Shown here: one piece after another, positions 18,551-28,564 of the stretch
Position numbering within the stretch: the stretch's first letter is position 1
Layout of the letters: each line of letters begins with the position of its first letter
Assembly: GCA_963675745.2 (NCBI GenBank)
Contig: CAXXWX010000015.1
Coordinates: 384,001-448,000 of the forward strand
Direction of reading: 5' to 3'
DNA length: 64,000 bases
DNA from: Phycisphaerae bacterium
GTDB taxonomy: Bacteria > Planctomycetota > Phycisphaerae > UBA1845 > Fen-1342
Notes under the pieces: generated by a model
The model's database searches: none
Told to the model about the DNA's origin: nothing
What the model saw: the letters and a program-made list of their open reading frames with translations, nothing else
Translations under genes and position numbers: made by a program

Positions 18551-19156
18551 TCATGCCCGTGTGAGCAGACGGAACGCCTCGCTCTCGAGCATCAGACGCA
18601 GCGCCTGGCCGCGATGACTAATCGCATTCTTCGTATCGGAGGATAACTCCGCGGCACAGCGCCCCAGCGCGGGTACGTAGAAGTGCGGGTCATAGCCAAA
18701 CCCGTTCACGCCGCGCGGTTCATCGACAATCAGCCCCTCAAATTTCCCGTGCGTCTCGGCCAGGACCGCTCCCCCGCGGGCCAGCACCATCACACAGTGG
18801 AAACGCGCGGTGCGGCGCTGCGGCGGAACGTCGCGCACCGCGCCGACCAGTTTGCGGTTGTTGGCGGCATAATCGCGCGGCTTGCCGGCGTAGTACGCCG
18901 AATCCACGCCCGGCAACCCACCAAGACAATCGACTTCCAAGCCCGAATCGTCCGCCAACGCCACAAGCCCGGTGGCTTCTGCATAGAAGAGGGCTTTCTT
19001 ACGCGCGTTCTCGGCAAACGTGTGCCCGTCCTCAACGGCTTCCGGTACGTGCGGGAAATCGGCCAGGCCGACCCACTCAACGTCCGTTCCCGCTGTCATC
19101 TGGCGCAGCTCGCGCAGCTTCCCGGCGTTGTTTGTCGCCAGCAGCAGGCGCGTCAC
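18551..19156 (-). CDS. rdgB: Non-canonical purine NTP pyrophosphatase (RdgB/HAM1)
   Basis: ATNNAGKLRE, TFAENARKKA, ADDSGLEV, GFGYDP, SHRGQA. Confidence 0.95.
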   Translation of the reverse strand: MTRLLLATNNAGKLRELRQMTAGTDVEWVGLADFPHVPEAVEDGHTFAENARKKALFYAEATGLVALADDSGLEVDCLGGLPGVDSAYYAGKPRDYAANNRKLVGAVRDVPPQRRTARFHCVMVLARGGAVLAETHGKFEGLIVDEPRGVNGFGYDPHFYVPALGRCAAELSSDTKNAISHRGQALRLMLESEAFRLLTRA

Positions 19157-20016
19157 CGCGGTCCTCCGCTCGCCGCGTTTCGCTCGGCGCGCTGAACGCT
19201 GGGCAGCTTGACCACCACTGATGGCCGCGGAAAGCGCTCTTTCTTGCCGGTGCGCGTATCCAGTTGCAGGTCGCTGACAACGTGAAGATTCTCAAGGTTG
19301 TGGGGGTACTTGGCTTGCAGGGCGCGCAATCGTCGATCAATGATGCGGTACTCCGCCACGTGTTTGGGTTTGCCTTCCAATGTCCCCTGGCGGCGTTGTA
19401 TCGACATCATGGCTTTGCGCGGAAACGTGCCGATCAGCACCGAACTCATCGACGGCCCGTGGTAATAGTACGCATCTTCGCCTTTGGCGCGCAGCAGCCG
19501 GCAATAGTCCACCGCGGCCTGCCGCCGTCGCTGCATGGTCTCCGTGTTGTAGAACACGCCTACCTGGAGCGACCAGTATCCCTCGGCTCGACTGGCATCC
19601 CAGGCCGGGTTTCCAACAGCATCGGCCGGCACTGGCATCAGGTGTGCCGCACCAAACGGACGCGTCACCTGGTCGGCCGACAGAGATTTGATCAGCTCTA
19701 GGTCTTCGGCTGGATCCGGGTGATAAGTCGGCTGGTCGGAAAACGGGCTGTGTTGCAGCGTGTAGCTACCGTAGTACACATTGCCGAAATCTTCGTCGAA
19801 GATCACACGCACCAGGTCGGCATCCAGGGCTTCGACGTGCCGCAGTGACTCGGCGTAGTAATTCGCAATCGTGTGCTGGTCCGGGCCATCAACGGAAATG
19901 CACTTGATCGCCCACACATCCGCACCCGGCTGCGCACAGCCAACACAGAGCGCCAGCCCCGCCAACGCCAGGATCATGCCCGTTGTAAGCCGGCTCTCTC
20001 GCGGCATGCACTTCAT
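19153..20016 (-). CDS. Hypothetical lipoprotein, translationally coupled between rph and rdgB
   Basis: Lipobox-like LALCVGC; 4-bp overlaps with both neighbours. Confidence 0.7.
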   Translation of the reverse strand: MKCMPRESRLTTGMILALAGLALCVGCAQPGADVWAIKCISVDGPDQHTIANYYAESLRHVEALDADLVRVIFDEDFGNVYYGSYTLQHSPFSDQPTYHPDPAEDLELIKSLSADQVTRPFGAAHLMPVPADAVGNPAWDASRAEGYWSLQVGVFYNTETMQRRRQAAVDYCRLLRAKGEDAYYYHGPSMSSVLIGTFPRKAMMSIQRRQGTLEGKPKHVAEYRIIDRRLRALQAKYPHNLENLHVVSDLQLDTRTGKKERFPRPSVVVKLPSVQRAERNAASGGPR

Positions 20017-20753
20017 CGCAAACTCTCCGGGGCCGCCGGCACACTCTGCGCCAAGGCCGCCCGCTGAAGTTCGAACAACTGCTCGATCGCGCGGCGCCCG
20101 CCGGCCGTCATCGCGGCAAGCTGTGCCTCGCTGAAACTCCCAGCCTCACCCGTGGCCTGCACCTCGATCCACTCCCCCTTGCTCGACATGACCAGGTTGC
20201 AGTCCACCGCGGCGGCGACATCCTCCCGGTAATCCAGGTCAACCAGAATCCGTCCGTCAACGATGCCCACGCTGACGGCGGCGACCGCCACCACGTTGAC
20301 ATCCGCCCCCCACAGGTCGCGCCGCCGGCCTTCGGCGAGCGCGTCGCACAACGCCACGTATGCGCCGGTGATCGACGCGGTTCGCGTGCCCCCATCGGCC
20401 TGCAAGACGTCGCAATCCAGCGTGATCGTCCGCGGGCCGAGGCGCGCCAGATCCACCGCCTGACGCAGCGAGCGGCCGATGAGTCGCTGAATCTCCTGAC
20501 AGCGGCCGTCGACGCCGGTGCGGTTGCGCGGCCGGCGGCTGCCGGTCGAGCCGGGCAGCATGTCGTATTCAGCCGTGACCCAGCCATGGCCGCTGGCCTC
20601 GCGCCACGGCGGCACCGACTCATCGATGCACGCGGTACACAGCACGTGCGTGTCCCCCGCGCGAATCAGCACCGAGCCGGGGGCGGCGCTGGTAAACCCG
20701 CGATTGATCTCCAGCGGCCGTAATTCGTCGTCTTTTCGCTCATGAGATCGCAT
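20013..20753 (-). CDS. rph: Ribonuclease PH
   Basis: GWVTAEYDMLPGST, EIQRLIGRSLR, DCDVLQADGGTRTASITG; start at ATG 20753. Confidence 0.95.
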   Translation of the reverse strand: MRSHERKDDELRPLEINRGFTSAAPGSVLIRAGDTHVLCTACIDESVPPWREASGHGWVTAEYDMLPGSTGSRRPRNRTGVDGRCQEIQRLIGRSLRQAVDLARLGPRTITLDCDVLQADGGTRTASITGAYVALCDALAEGRRRDLWGADVNVVAVAAVSVGIVDGRILVDLDYREDVAAAVDCNLVMSSKGEWIEVQATGEAGSFSEAQLAAMTAGGRRAIEQLFELQRAALAQSVPAAPESLR

Positions 20754-21095
20754 GTGCGCATTGTTAACACAGCACCCGCCGCATGGCAACGACTTGCGAA
20801 AGAAGTACTGGCCAGAGCCCCGAGTCGGTCGTTCGAAGAAGCGTTAGTCGCCCCCCGAGCGCGGGCAACCACCTCCACCTCGGGCGTCCGTTGCCCCTTC
20901 CGCTGGCGGCGAGGCGACCGTACTACATGCACGCTTTTCTCCTGGCCCTTGATCTGCTCAGGAATCTAATCCCATTGCCCCGCGAAACGCTAAGGACGCG
21001 AACTTGCCGACGGGGATGTCGTATCGTATCTTAACGAGCGCGAGAACTACGCGCAACGACTTCTCGCTTTCTTCAGCGGATCGTTACCATGGTGG

Positions 21096-21875
21096 GTGCA
21101 AACAATGGACACCGAAGAGAGCCTTGAATTCGCGAGTTTGCCACTCGTTGAAGTTGTGTTGCGGATGAGCTTCGAGCGGCCGATCGTAATGAGCTTTGAG
21201 CTCATCAACAGATTCTCTGCTGCCCTTGGTCCGGACTTTCCTGATATCACGGAGATCAAGAAGATCGAGGCAGCACCTGGGGTGAAGTTCGAGCTTGAAA
21301 TGGCCGAACTGCCAGGCGCTGTGTTTACGGGTGGTGAATCCGGGCTCCTGATCACGCTTCAGAAAAGCGTTGTTGCTGTGCGATGGCTGAAGCGCGCCCG
21401 CGGCCAGGGCACAGGGTACCCGCGTTTTCCAGTCCTAAAGGAAGCTCTGAGTCGGGCGCACACGGTGCTTGCTGGAATGGACGGGGTCGACGTGAAACCG
21501 TGCGTTACAAACATGGCGTACGTCAATCTCGTTCAGGAGGCGCCATCCGCGAGTTCCCTTCAGCGCTACTTGAGCGCAGGTTCGTTGATGCAGGTTGCTG
21601 CAGATACCGTGCGCATGCATGTACTCGAAGCGGCCTGGCAAGAAAGCGATGGCGTCGATGTCCGCTTCAGAGTTGATGCGCGGCCGCCAACCGTCGAGCA
21701 CCAAGCCGCAGCATTCACGCTGACAACCGTAGCAGGGCAGCGCATCACTCCACCAGCGGCACACGTTGATGCGGCGCTCGACGTTGTTCATCAGCGGCTG
21801 CAGAGCTTTTTCACGCGGCTGATCTCGGATCACGCGAAACAGGAGTGGGGTCTTGCGGAGAACACAAATGCCTGA
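21096..21875 (+). CDS. TIGR04255-like protein
   Basis: N-terminal PLVEVVLRMSF, central YPRF, YVN, C-terminal H...FF..LI.....EWG, matching my recollection of this family; alternative ATG at 21105. Confidence 0.7.
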   Translation: MQTMDTEESLEFASLPLVEVVLRMSFERPIVMSFELINRFSAALGPDFPDITEIKKIEAAPGVKFELEMAELPGAVFTGGESGLLITLQKSVVAVRWLKRARGQGTGYPRFPVLKEALSRAHTVLAGMDGVDVKPCVTNMAYVNLVQEAPSASSLQRYLSAGSLMQVAADTVRMHVLEAAWQESDGVDVRFRVDARPPTVEHQAAAFTLTTVAGQRITPPAAHVDAALDVVHQRLQSFFTRLISDHAKQEWGLAENTNA

Positions 21876-22452
21876 GCCCGCTACGACGCTCCTCGATGGA
21901 CAAGGTCAATCACCGGATCTGGCAGTGTTTGAAGCTCCGGCGGGCCGACGGGCTAGGCGACCGATGCACTACAACTCGGCTGACACCAGTACGAACACTA
22001 GTTTTCTCGCGTTTGCTTTATCAACTGAGATTGCTGAGTCCACCCAGCTTGCAAGCATCCCAGAGATGCTGGGATGCGCGTCCGCCGAGATTATTCGGCA
22101 GGTGGACAAGGATCTGGACGACGGGCTCCGCAGCATCGGCAACGCAGTCAATAGGGACCGCCTCGCGGCTGCGCGGCCGTCCTGCAAGTTGCTTGCTCGT
22201 GGCTTCAGCGGTCTTCTTGCGTTGAAACCGCGCGTCGCGGTCGCAGCGTTTGTGGACGAGGACGACGGTGTGTCGGTTGTCGCTCAGTCCTTCGCGACCT
22301 CCCGACGAGTGACAGTTGTTTTCGATGTGGGAGTTGATAGAGTCCATGTCGTGAAGGTCGATGAGGACCAACACGTATACCGGCTCGATCCCAACTACAG
22401 CCTTGAGAACCTTGGGGAGGAACTGGCTCGGTGGCTGATCGCGCGGCCCTGA
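21868..22452 (+). CDS. Hypothetical protein (candidate antitoxin)
   Basis: ATG overlaps the upstream stop (ATGCCTGA), with GGAG RBS; disordered-looking N-terminus and alpha/beta C-terminus. Confidence 0.6.
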   Translation: MPEPATTLLDGQGQSPDLAVFEAPAGRRARRPMHYNSADTSTNTSFLAFALSTEIAESTQLASIPEMLGCASAEIIRQVDKDLDDGLRSIGNAVNRDRLAAARPSCKLLARGFSGLLALKPRVAVAAFVDEDDGVSVVAQSFATSRRVTVVFDVGVDRVHVVKVDEDQHVYRLDPNYSLENLGEELARWLIARP

Positions 22453-22868
22453 TACCACCGACGAGTGGGGACTGGTTCATTCGTCGCAATCCGTATAACA
22501 ACGGCTTCAAGATCCGGCCAGCGGGAGTGATTGTCGCCCGCAAGGTTTTTCGTGAACGCCACGGCAGTATGTCGCTCACCCGACAGACGGAGGAACTCAC
22601 CACAGCGATGGCGTTGAGCGACTATCAGCTTGCCCACCAGTTGCCATCCGGTGACATTCCCGGTCTCTGCAAAGTGTCCTACAGAAACCTGGTTGAAGAC
22701 GTGCGCCCAGCGCTCCCCCCGCGCTTTGAGTTGGACCGCAACGATGACCGCTATGGCCATCTGCACTACGTCACAGAGCCTCCGACTGAGGATCAGCAAG
22801 AGGTGCTTGCCAAGCTCGCGAGCGAAAACGGCATCCTGCGTGGGTTTGTCGAGAGAACCGTAACATAA
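22431..22868 (+). CDS. Hypothetical protein (candidate ADP-ribosyltransferase/RES-like toxin)
   Basis: GGAGG before GTG, overlapping the upstream gene; FIRR...VF...SMSL...HLHY spacing. Confidence 0.55.
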   Translation: MADRAALIPPTSGDWFIRRNPYNNGFKIRPAGVIVARKVFRERHGSMSLTRQTEELTTAMALSDYQLAHQLPSGDIPGLCKVSYRNLVEDVRPALPPRFELDRNDDRYGHLHYVTEPPTEDQQEVLAKLASENGILRGFVERTVT

Positions 22869-23122
22869 AACCCTGTCGAGCCGGCATCTGCCGAGCGAGG
22901 TGCGATGACCACATCTGGTTGTCGAATAACGAGTTGGTCGGCACAATGCGGTATCAGGGATTGGGATATCAAATGCGGGAAGAACAAAGGGAAAGACAGA
23001 AGTGCGAGGATGACTCATGTGGACGCCGCTCTCGCGAGCGTAAGCGATCGACCCGGCTCGGCCGTGTGTCGTTTCTTCCTCCGGCAGCGGTGAAATGACC
23101 GAATGGACGTCACAGCCATCGC

Positions 23123-23179
23123 TGAAAAATCTTTCTGACACCTTTTTTTCTTGAAAAATCTTCCTGACACCTTTTTTTC
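23123..23179. repeat. Tandem 28-bp AT-rich direct repeat
   Basis: tgaaaaatctttctgacacctttttttc at 23123 and tgaaaaatcttcctgacacctttttttc at 23152 (1 mismatch). Confidence 0.85.
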
Positions 23180-23182
23180 GGG

Positions 23183-24739
23183 TCACGGTGTGCTGGTTGT
23201 TGGTGTGCTGTGGTATAGCGTCAATTCGCTGGTCCAGCGGGTTGAAAGCGCGTGCTGTTGCGTGGATTCCGCTCGCAGCCCGGCGGCATTGGCCAGACTC
23301 GTCACAAGCTCGTCCGGCGGACCGCCAGCGGGCCCTTCAAAACGCAGAATCCACGCCGTTGCCGACGGCAGTTGATCCAACACGAACACCGGCGGCACAT
23401 CGTGCTCCAACTCCAGGTAGTACCGCAGCACCTGGTCGAACTTCGGCCCCACGGGTGGCGCCGGTGCCCCTTCCTCCGGATTCACGATCGCCACGATGTC
23501 CCCCGGCGCGAACTGCGCCGTCACCGCCCGCATCGCCGAACGCTTGTACAGATCTTCCGGCGACTTGCACCTCATGATCACATCCTTGGTCATTCCAAGC
23601 AGCGCGATACCAACCAGCACCACGCCCACCAACCCGCGCGCGCAATCGCGCGCCGGCCGTAACGAGATCCACCCCGTGACCGCCGTCACTCCCACCGCCG
23701 CCACCATGCAGATCACCGGCGCGAAGTAAATCGACACACGTACGCTGCCGCCGTAGGGATATCTGTGCAGCCAGGCGGCGACGAGCGCCGGGGCGGCCAT
23801 GCCCGCGAAGAGCAGCACCAACCAGGCCCGTCGCCGGACGACGAGCACCACCGCCCCGACGGCGAAACAAGCGGTTGTGAGAATGCTGCCATACCCCGTC
23901 CCGCCGTGCGGATACGCAAACATCCGTCCGCAGTGGATCTTCGCCAGCCAGGCCAGCAACGACCCGATCCCGTTGTGCGGCGGGAATGCGTCGCGCCAGT
24001 AAGCTTCAAGCCACGACCCCGCGCTGCGACTCACGGTGTCAGCCTCAATCACCCAGAAGAAAGCGAGGAAGCTCACCATGACGAGCGCGTTGTACACCCC
24101 CCATCCCAGCCACGCCCGTGGCTTGCCCGCGCGAATAGCCGCCGGGAGCGCGGCCACGCTCACGCCAACGCACACAAACACCGCCGGATAGCTGAGCCAC
24201 AATGACGCCGCCGCAACAACCCCGCACACCAGCGGCCACTTGACACCGGGCCGCGCCTGCCGCCAGCGCATCGCGAGGTAGATCAGCAGGGTCGCGACCA
24301 GCAGATCGCCGGCATACGGCTTTGACTCACACGTGTGCCGTACGAGGTAATAGCTGCACGCAGACACACCAACGGCGATATTCGCCGCCAGCGCTTCCAT
24401 CTGCGCCCGCGCGATCCGCCACACGAGCAGAAGTGAAGCGACCCCCGCGATCAGCGACCACGCCCGTAGCGCATACTCCCCGCCGCCGAACAGGTTGAAT
24501 GCCGTCCGCTGAATCCACAGATACAGCACCGGAGCGACCTGAAAGTAGTGCAGCGGCTCCATCAGCCCGGCGTAGTCCCGCCGCAGGATGCTGATGTTGA
24601 GATACGCCTCGTCGCCCCAGAAGGGAAAACACAGCCCGTACCGCAGCACGCGCCATCCGACGCCGAGCAGCAGCAGCGCGCACAACCATCTCCGTATGGC
24701 CACCTCCTCCGGATGATCCACGTCTGATGTCGGCATCAA
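23183..24739 (-). CDS. Polytopic membrane glycosyltransferase (GT-C fold, ArnT/PMT-like)
   Basis: FWGDEAY after first TM, P.LY, EYALR, E.KPY motifs; about 11 hydrophobic segments. Confidence 0.75.
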   Translation of the reverse strand: MMPTSDVDHPEEVAIRRWLCALLLLGVGWRVLRYGLCFPFWGDEAYLNISILRRDYAGLMEPLHYFQVAPVLYLWIQRTAFNLFGGGEYALRAWSLIAGVASLLLVWRIARAQMEALAANIAVGVSACSYYLVRHTCESKPYAGDLLVATLLIYLAMRWRQARPGVKWPLVCGVVAAASLWLSYPAVFVCVGVSVAALPAAIRAGKPRAWLGWGVYNALVMVSFLAFFWVIEADTVSRSAGSWLEAYWRDAFPPHNGIGSLLAWLAKIHCGRMFAYPHGGTGYGSILTTACFAVGAVVLVVRRRAWLVLLFAGMAAPALVAAWLHRYPYGGSVRVSIYFAPVICMVAAVGVTAVTGWISLRPARDCARGLVGVVLVGIALLGMTKDVIMRCKSPEDLYKRSAMRAVTAQFAPGDIVAIVNPEEGAPAPPVGPKFDQVLRYYLELEHDVPPVFVLDQLPSATAWILRFEGPAGGPPDELVTSLANAAGLRAESTQQHALSTRWTSELTLYHSTPTTSTP

Positions 24740-24954
24740 AGCCCCTGGCTACGTAGAACAACAACAGGCCTGCTAGCCAACCGCCGAAATGCCGGCCCCA
24801 CACGTCAGCCCAAGCCTGCGGCCGATGCTATCGAGCGTAGGGAGCCACAACAAGCACTCCACACGCGCCCCGCGTCGCAATCCGCGACCGCCCGCAAGTC
24901 AATATGCGCCCCCCAAGATTCGACGTGCAGCGGTGAGCACCAGACGGCATGCAA

Positions 24955-24990
24955 AACGCCGTCATGACCCGGCCGGGTCATGACGGCGTT
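24955..24990 (-). terminator. Intrinsic terminator after rplU
   Basis: Perfect 36-bp palindrome aacgccgtcatgacccgg-ccgggtcatgacggcgtt, ending in TTTT on the minus strand. Confidence 0.7.
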
Positions 24991-25024
24991 GGATGGTTCA
25001 CGCGCCAGGTGCGGCAGCGCTTCG

Positions 25025-25339
25025 TCAGGCGTTGATTTCGGTGATCTCCACCCGCAGCACTTGCTGGCGATGTCCGAACTTGCGCTGATAGCCCTTGCGC
25101 CGGCTGAACTTGACCCCCGTGACCTTGGGCATCTTCAACTCGCCGACCAGGCGCGCCTTGACGGTGGCACCGGCGACCCACGGCGTGCCGATCTTGGTCT
25201 CGCCCTCATCGCCGACCATCATCACGCGGTCAAAGGTCAGCTCCGACTGCTCCGGTTCGAGGTCTTGCCGCTCGACCAACAGGGCGTCGCCCCGGCTGAC
25301 CTTGTATTGCTTGCCGCCATCTTCGAATATTGCGTACAC
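25025..25339 (-). CDS. rplU: 50S ribosomal protein L21
   Basis: MYAIFEDGGKQYKV...KF.RRKGY.RK.GHRQ. Confidence 0.97.
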   Translation of the reverse strand: MYAIFEDGGKQYKVSRGDALLVERQDLEPEQSELTFDRVMMVGDEGETKIGTPWVAGATVKARLVGELKMPKVTGVKFSRRKGYQRKFGHRQQVLRVEITEINA

Positions 25340-25388
25340 GCTGCTTACCTCGTGTCATGCGGTTCGGGTATCGCGATCAGTAGAGCCC

Positions 25389-25420
25389 ATTATAATAAGG
25401 GCCTTGCGGGCTGGATGCAA
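25389..25420 (-). promoter_or_regulatory. Putative sigma70 promoter of rplU
   Basis: Minus strand TTGCAT-17 nt-TATTAT (overlapping TATAAT), about 50 bp upstream of the start. Confidence 0.55.
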
Positions 25421-25527
25421 CCACCCCCAGCCGGCAAGATACGGCAACCGTGGGGTGTTTTGCGCGCCGCCGGCGCGGCGGACCGCGACGCACCAGCCAT
25501 ACGCTGACCAACGCACAGGGAACCGCG

Positions 25528-28203
25528 ATGCTTCGGCCTGACAACACCGGAATGGATCACGACCCGCTCGAAACCCAGGAATGGCTCGATTCGATCGATT
25601 CCGTCAGGCGTAGCGCCGGCGACGAGCGGGCCGGGTTTCTGCTCCAGCGGCTCCGGGAGTGGGCGGACCGTCACGGCCTGACTGTGCCGTTTTCCGCCAA
25701 CACGGCGTACGTGAACACGATTCAACCCGAGCAGCAGCCGGTTTACCCGGGCGATCGTGAGATGGAACGCCGCATCAAGAGCTATGTCCGCTGGAACGCG
25801 ATGGCGATGGTGGTGCGCGCGAACCGTGCCGCGGAGGGGATAGGCGGCCACATCTCGTCATTCGCCTCCGCAGCCACGCTTTACGAAGTCGGATTCAACC
25901 ATTTCTTCCGGGCTGCGAGCGAGGCGTACGGGGGCGATCAGGTGTTCATTCAGGGACATGCTTCGCCGGGAATCTACGCCCGCGCGTTTCTCGAGGGCCG
26001 GCTGGACGAGGGTCATTTGGAGAACTACCGGCGAGAATTGGCGACGGGCGGTGGGCTGTCGTCGTACCCGCACCCGCGTCTGATGCCTGATTTCTGGCAG
26101 TTTCCGACGGTATCTATGGGGTTGGGCCCGATAACATCGATATATCAGGCACGATTCAACCGATATCTCCAGCACCGTGGCTTGGCCGAGACCGACTCGT
26201 GCCGAGTCTGGGCCTTTCTAGGTGACGGTGAAATGGACGAGCCCGAGAGTCTGGGAGCGATCACGCTCGCCTCTCGCGAACGGCTCGACAATCTCACCTG
26301 GGTGATCAATTGCAACCTGCAACGACTCGATGGGCCTGTGCGCGGAAACGGCAACATCGTCCAGGAGCTCGAAGCCGCATTTCGTGGCGCGGGTTGGAAC
26401 GTCATCAAGGTCATATGGGGCGGCGATTGGGATGCGCTCTTCGCGCGTGATACGGGCGGCTATCTGGTCGACGCGATGCGCGACACTGTCGATGGCCAGT
26501 TCCAGCGCTATGCCATCGAGCCCGGGGCCTACGCGCGCGAGCATTTCTTCGGCCGCCGACCCGAGACGCTCAAGCTCGTTGAGCACCTGAGTGACGAGGA
26601 AATCCAGCATCTGCGTCTGGGCGGGCATGATCCGGAGAAGGTCTACGCGGCCTATGCCGCCGCCGTCGGACATCGCGGCCGCCCCACGGTCATTCTCGCG
26701 CGCACGATCAAGGGATACGGGCTCGGCGAAGCGGGCGAGGGACGCAACGTCACGCATCAGCAGAAGAAGCTCAACGAGGATGAGCTGCGTTCGTTTCGTG
26801 ACCGGTTCGACATGCCGATCACCGACGAACAAATCGCCGAGGCCCCCTTCTGCCGCTTTGAGCGTAACACGCCCGAGTACGAGTATCTGCACGCGCGCCG
26901 AGAGAAGCTCGGTGGTTTCGTGCCAAGCCGCGAGGCGCGCGCGCCGCGAATTGAGACGCCTGATGCCAACATATTCGAGGAGTTCCACGCCGGCAGCGAT
27001 GGGCGCCAGGCCGCCACAACCCAGGCGTTTGTGCGCATGCTCGGGCGTCTGTTGCGGGACCCACACCTGGGCAAGCTGATCGTACCGATCGTGCCGGACG
27101 AGGCGCGCACCTTTGGCATGGAGTCGCTGTTCCGCTCGTACGGCATCTACGCCAGCACCGGGCAGCTCTACGACCCGGTCGACTCGCACCTGCTGTTGAA
27201 ATACGAGGAACGCAAAAACGGCCAGATATTGGAAGAGGGCATTACGGAGGCCGGCGCGTTGGCGTCATTCACCGCGGCCGCGACGGCCTATGCCACGCAC
27301 GGCGTCAACACGATTCCGTTTTACGTCTTTTATTCTATGTTCGGCTTTCAGCGAGTGGGCGACTCGATCTGGGCGGCGGCGGATGCGCGTGCCCGCGGGT
27401 TCCTGGTCGGTGGCACGGCTGGCCGCACGACTCTCGCCGGCGAAGGTCTCCAGCACCAGGACGGGCACAGCCTGCTGCACGCCAGCACGGTGCCGAACGT
27501 CGTGGCATACGACGCCGCCTGGGCCTATGAGCTGGCCGTGATCCTGCTCGACGGCATCCGCCGTATGTACCAGGAGCAGGAGTCGATTTTCTACTACCTG
27601 ACGGTTTACAACGAGCCGTACGAGATGCCGCCGATGCCCGCTGGCGTGCAGGAGGGCATTCTGCGCGGAATGTACCGCTTTCGCGGCGCGGAGAAACCGG
27701 GTCGCAAGGCGCGCGTGCACCTCTTCGGCAGCGGACCACTGTTGCGCGCCGCGCTTGAAGCCCAGGAACTGTTGGCGCGCGACTTCAAGGTGGCGGCCGA
27801 CGTCTGGAGCGTAACGAGCTATAACGAACTGTATCGCGACGCGCTCGAGTGCGAGCGGCACAACCGTCTGCACCCGGAAGAGGACCCGCGCCAGCCCTGG
27901 ATTGTGCGGCAACTGGAGCAAGACCCCTGGCCGATTGTGGCGACGTCGGACTATGTCAAGGCGATCCCGCATCGGCTGGCCCCGTGGCTGCCGAACGGCT
28001 TCTGCGTGTTGGGCACCGATGGGTTTGGACGCAGTGAGACACGCGCGGTGCTGCGTGATTTCTACGAAACGGATTCGCGGCATGTTGCCTATGCGGCCCT
28101 GTACTCGCTCGCGCGGCAAGGGAAGTATGACGCGTCCAAGCTGGGAGCGGCGATCGAGCGCCTGGGGATCAATCCCGAGCGTCCAAACCCCGCCACCGCC
28201 TGA
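25528..28203 (+). CDS. aceE: Pyruvate dehydrogenase E1, homodimeric type
   Basis: DPLETQEW, GGHISSFAS, QFPTVSMGLGP, GDGEMDEPES, NCNLQRLDGPVRGN, GEGLQHQDG, LGTDGFGRS. Confidence 0.96.
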   Translation: MLRPDNTGMDHDPLETQEWLDSIDSVRRSAGDERAGFLLQRLREWADRHGLTVPFSANTAYVNTIQPEQQPVYPGDREMERRIKSYVRWNAMAMVVRANRAAEGIGGHISSFASAATLYEVGFNHFFRAASEAYGGDQVFIQGHASPGIYARAFLEGRLDEGHLENYRRELATGGGLSSYPHPRLMPDFWQFPTVSMGLGPITSIYQARFNRYLQHRGLAETDSCRVWAFLGDGEMDEPESLGAITLASRERLDNLTWVINCNLQRLDGPVRGNGNIVQELEAAFRGAGWNVIKVIWGGDWDALFARDTGGYLVDAMRDTVDGQFQRYAIEPGAYAREHFFGRRPETLKLVEHLSDEEIQHLRLGGHDPEKVYAAYAAAVGHRGRPTVILARTIKGYGLGEAGEGRNVTHQQKKLNEDELRSFRDRFDMPITDEQIAEAPFCRFERNTPEYEYLHARREKLGGFVPSREARAPRIETPDANIFEEFHAGSDGRQAATTQAFVRMLGRLLRDPHLGKLIVPIVPDEARTFGMESLFRSYGIYASTGQLYDPVDSHLLLKYEERKNGQILEEGITEAGALASFTAAATAYATHGVNTIPFYVFYSMFGFQRVGDSIWAAADARARGFLVGGTAGRTTLAGEGLQHQDGHSLLHASTVPNVVAYDAAWAYELAVILLDGIRRMYQEQESIFYYLTVYNEPYEMPPMPAGVQEGILRGMYRFRGAEKPGRKARVHLFGSGPLLRAALEAQELLARDFKVAADVWSVTSYNELYRDALECERHNRLHPEEDPRQPWIVRQLEQDPWPIVATSDYVKAIPHRLAPWLPNGFCVLGTDGFGRSETRAVLRDFYETDSRHVAYAALYSLARQGKYDASKLGAAIERLGINPERPNPATA

Positions 28204-28564
28204 CCTGCCGGTCGGGCGTTCATACGCCATTGTGAGATCGGGGGGGGCATTTCAGGTTAGAGATCATTAATTACGAGTGTACATAGTACCCCCCGGTCTG
28301 GTACGATGGTCCTACTGGCAGGGCAGCCGGCCGTGGGGCAATGAGAGTGGGTTGCAAGAGGAGCTCTCGTTTTATCGGACGGCGCCAAAGCGTGCATCCA
28401 CTCCAGAATTTTCGGGCTCGGCTATGCCGCACCTGTTATGTCTGCGCCTACGTCGCATGCACGCGCGGCCGCAACGGCTGCGCCACACTCGGCGCGGTTG
28501 GCACATGCTCATCGCAGATCAGCACGCAACAACTCGTCAGTTCAACGGGTAAGGAGATGAAGGA

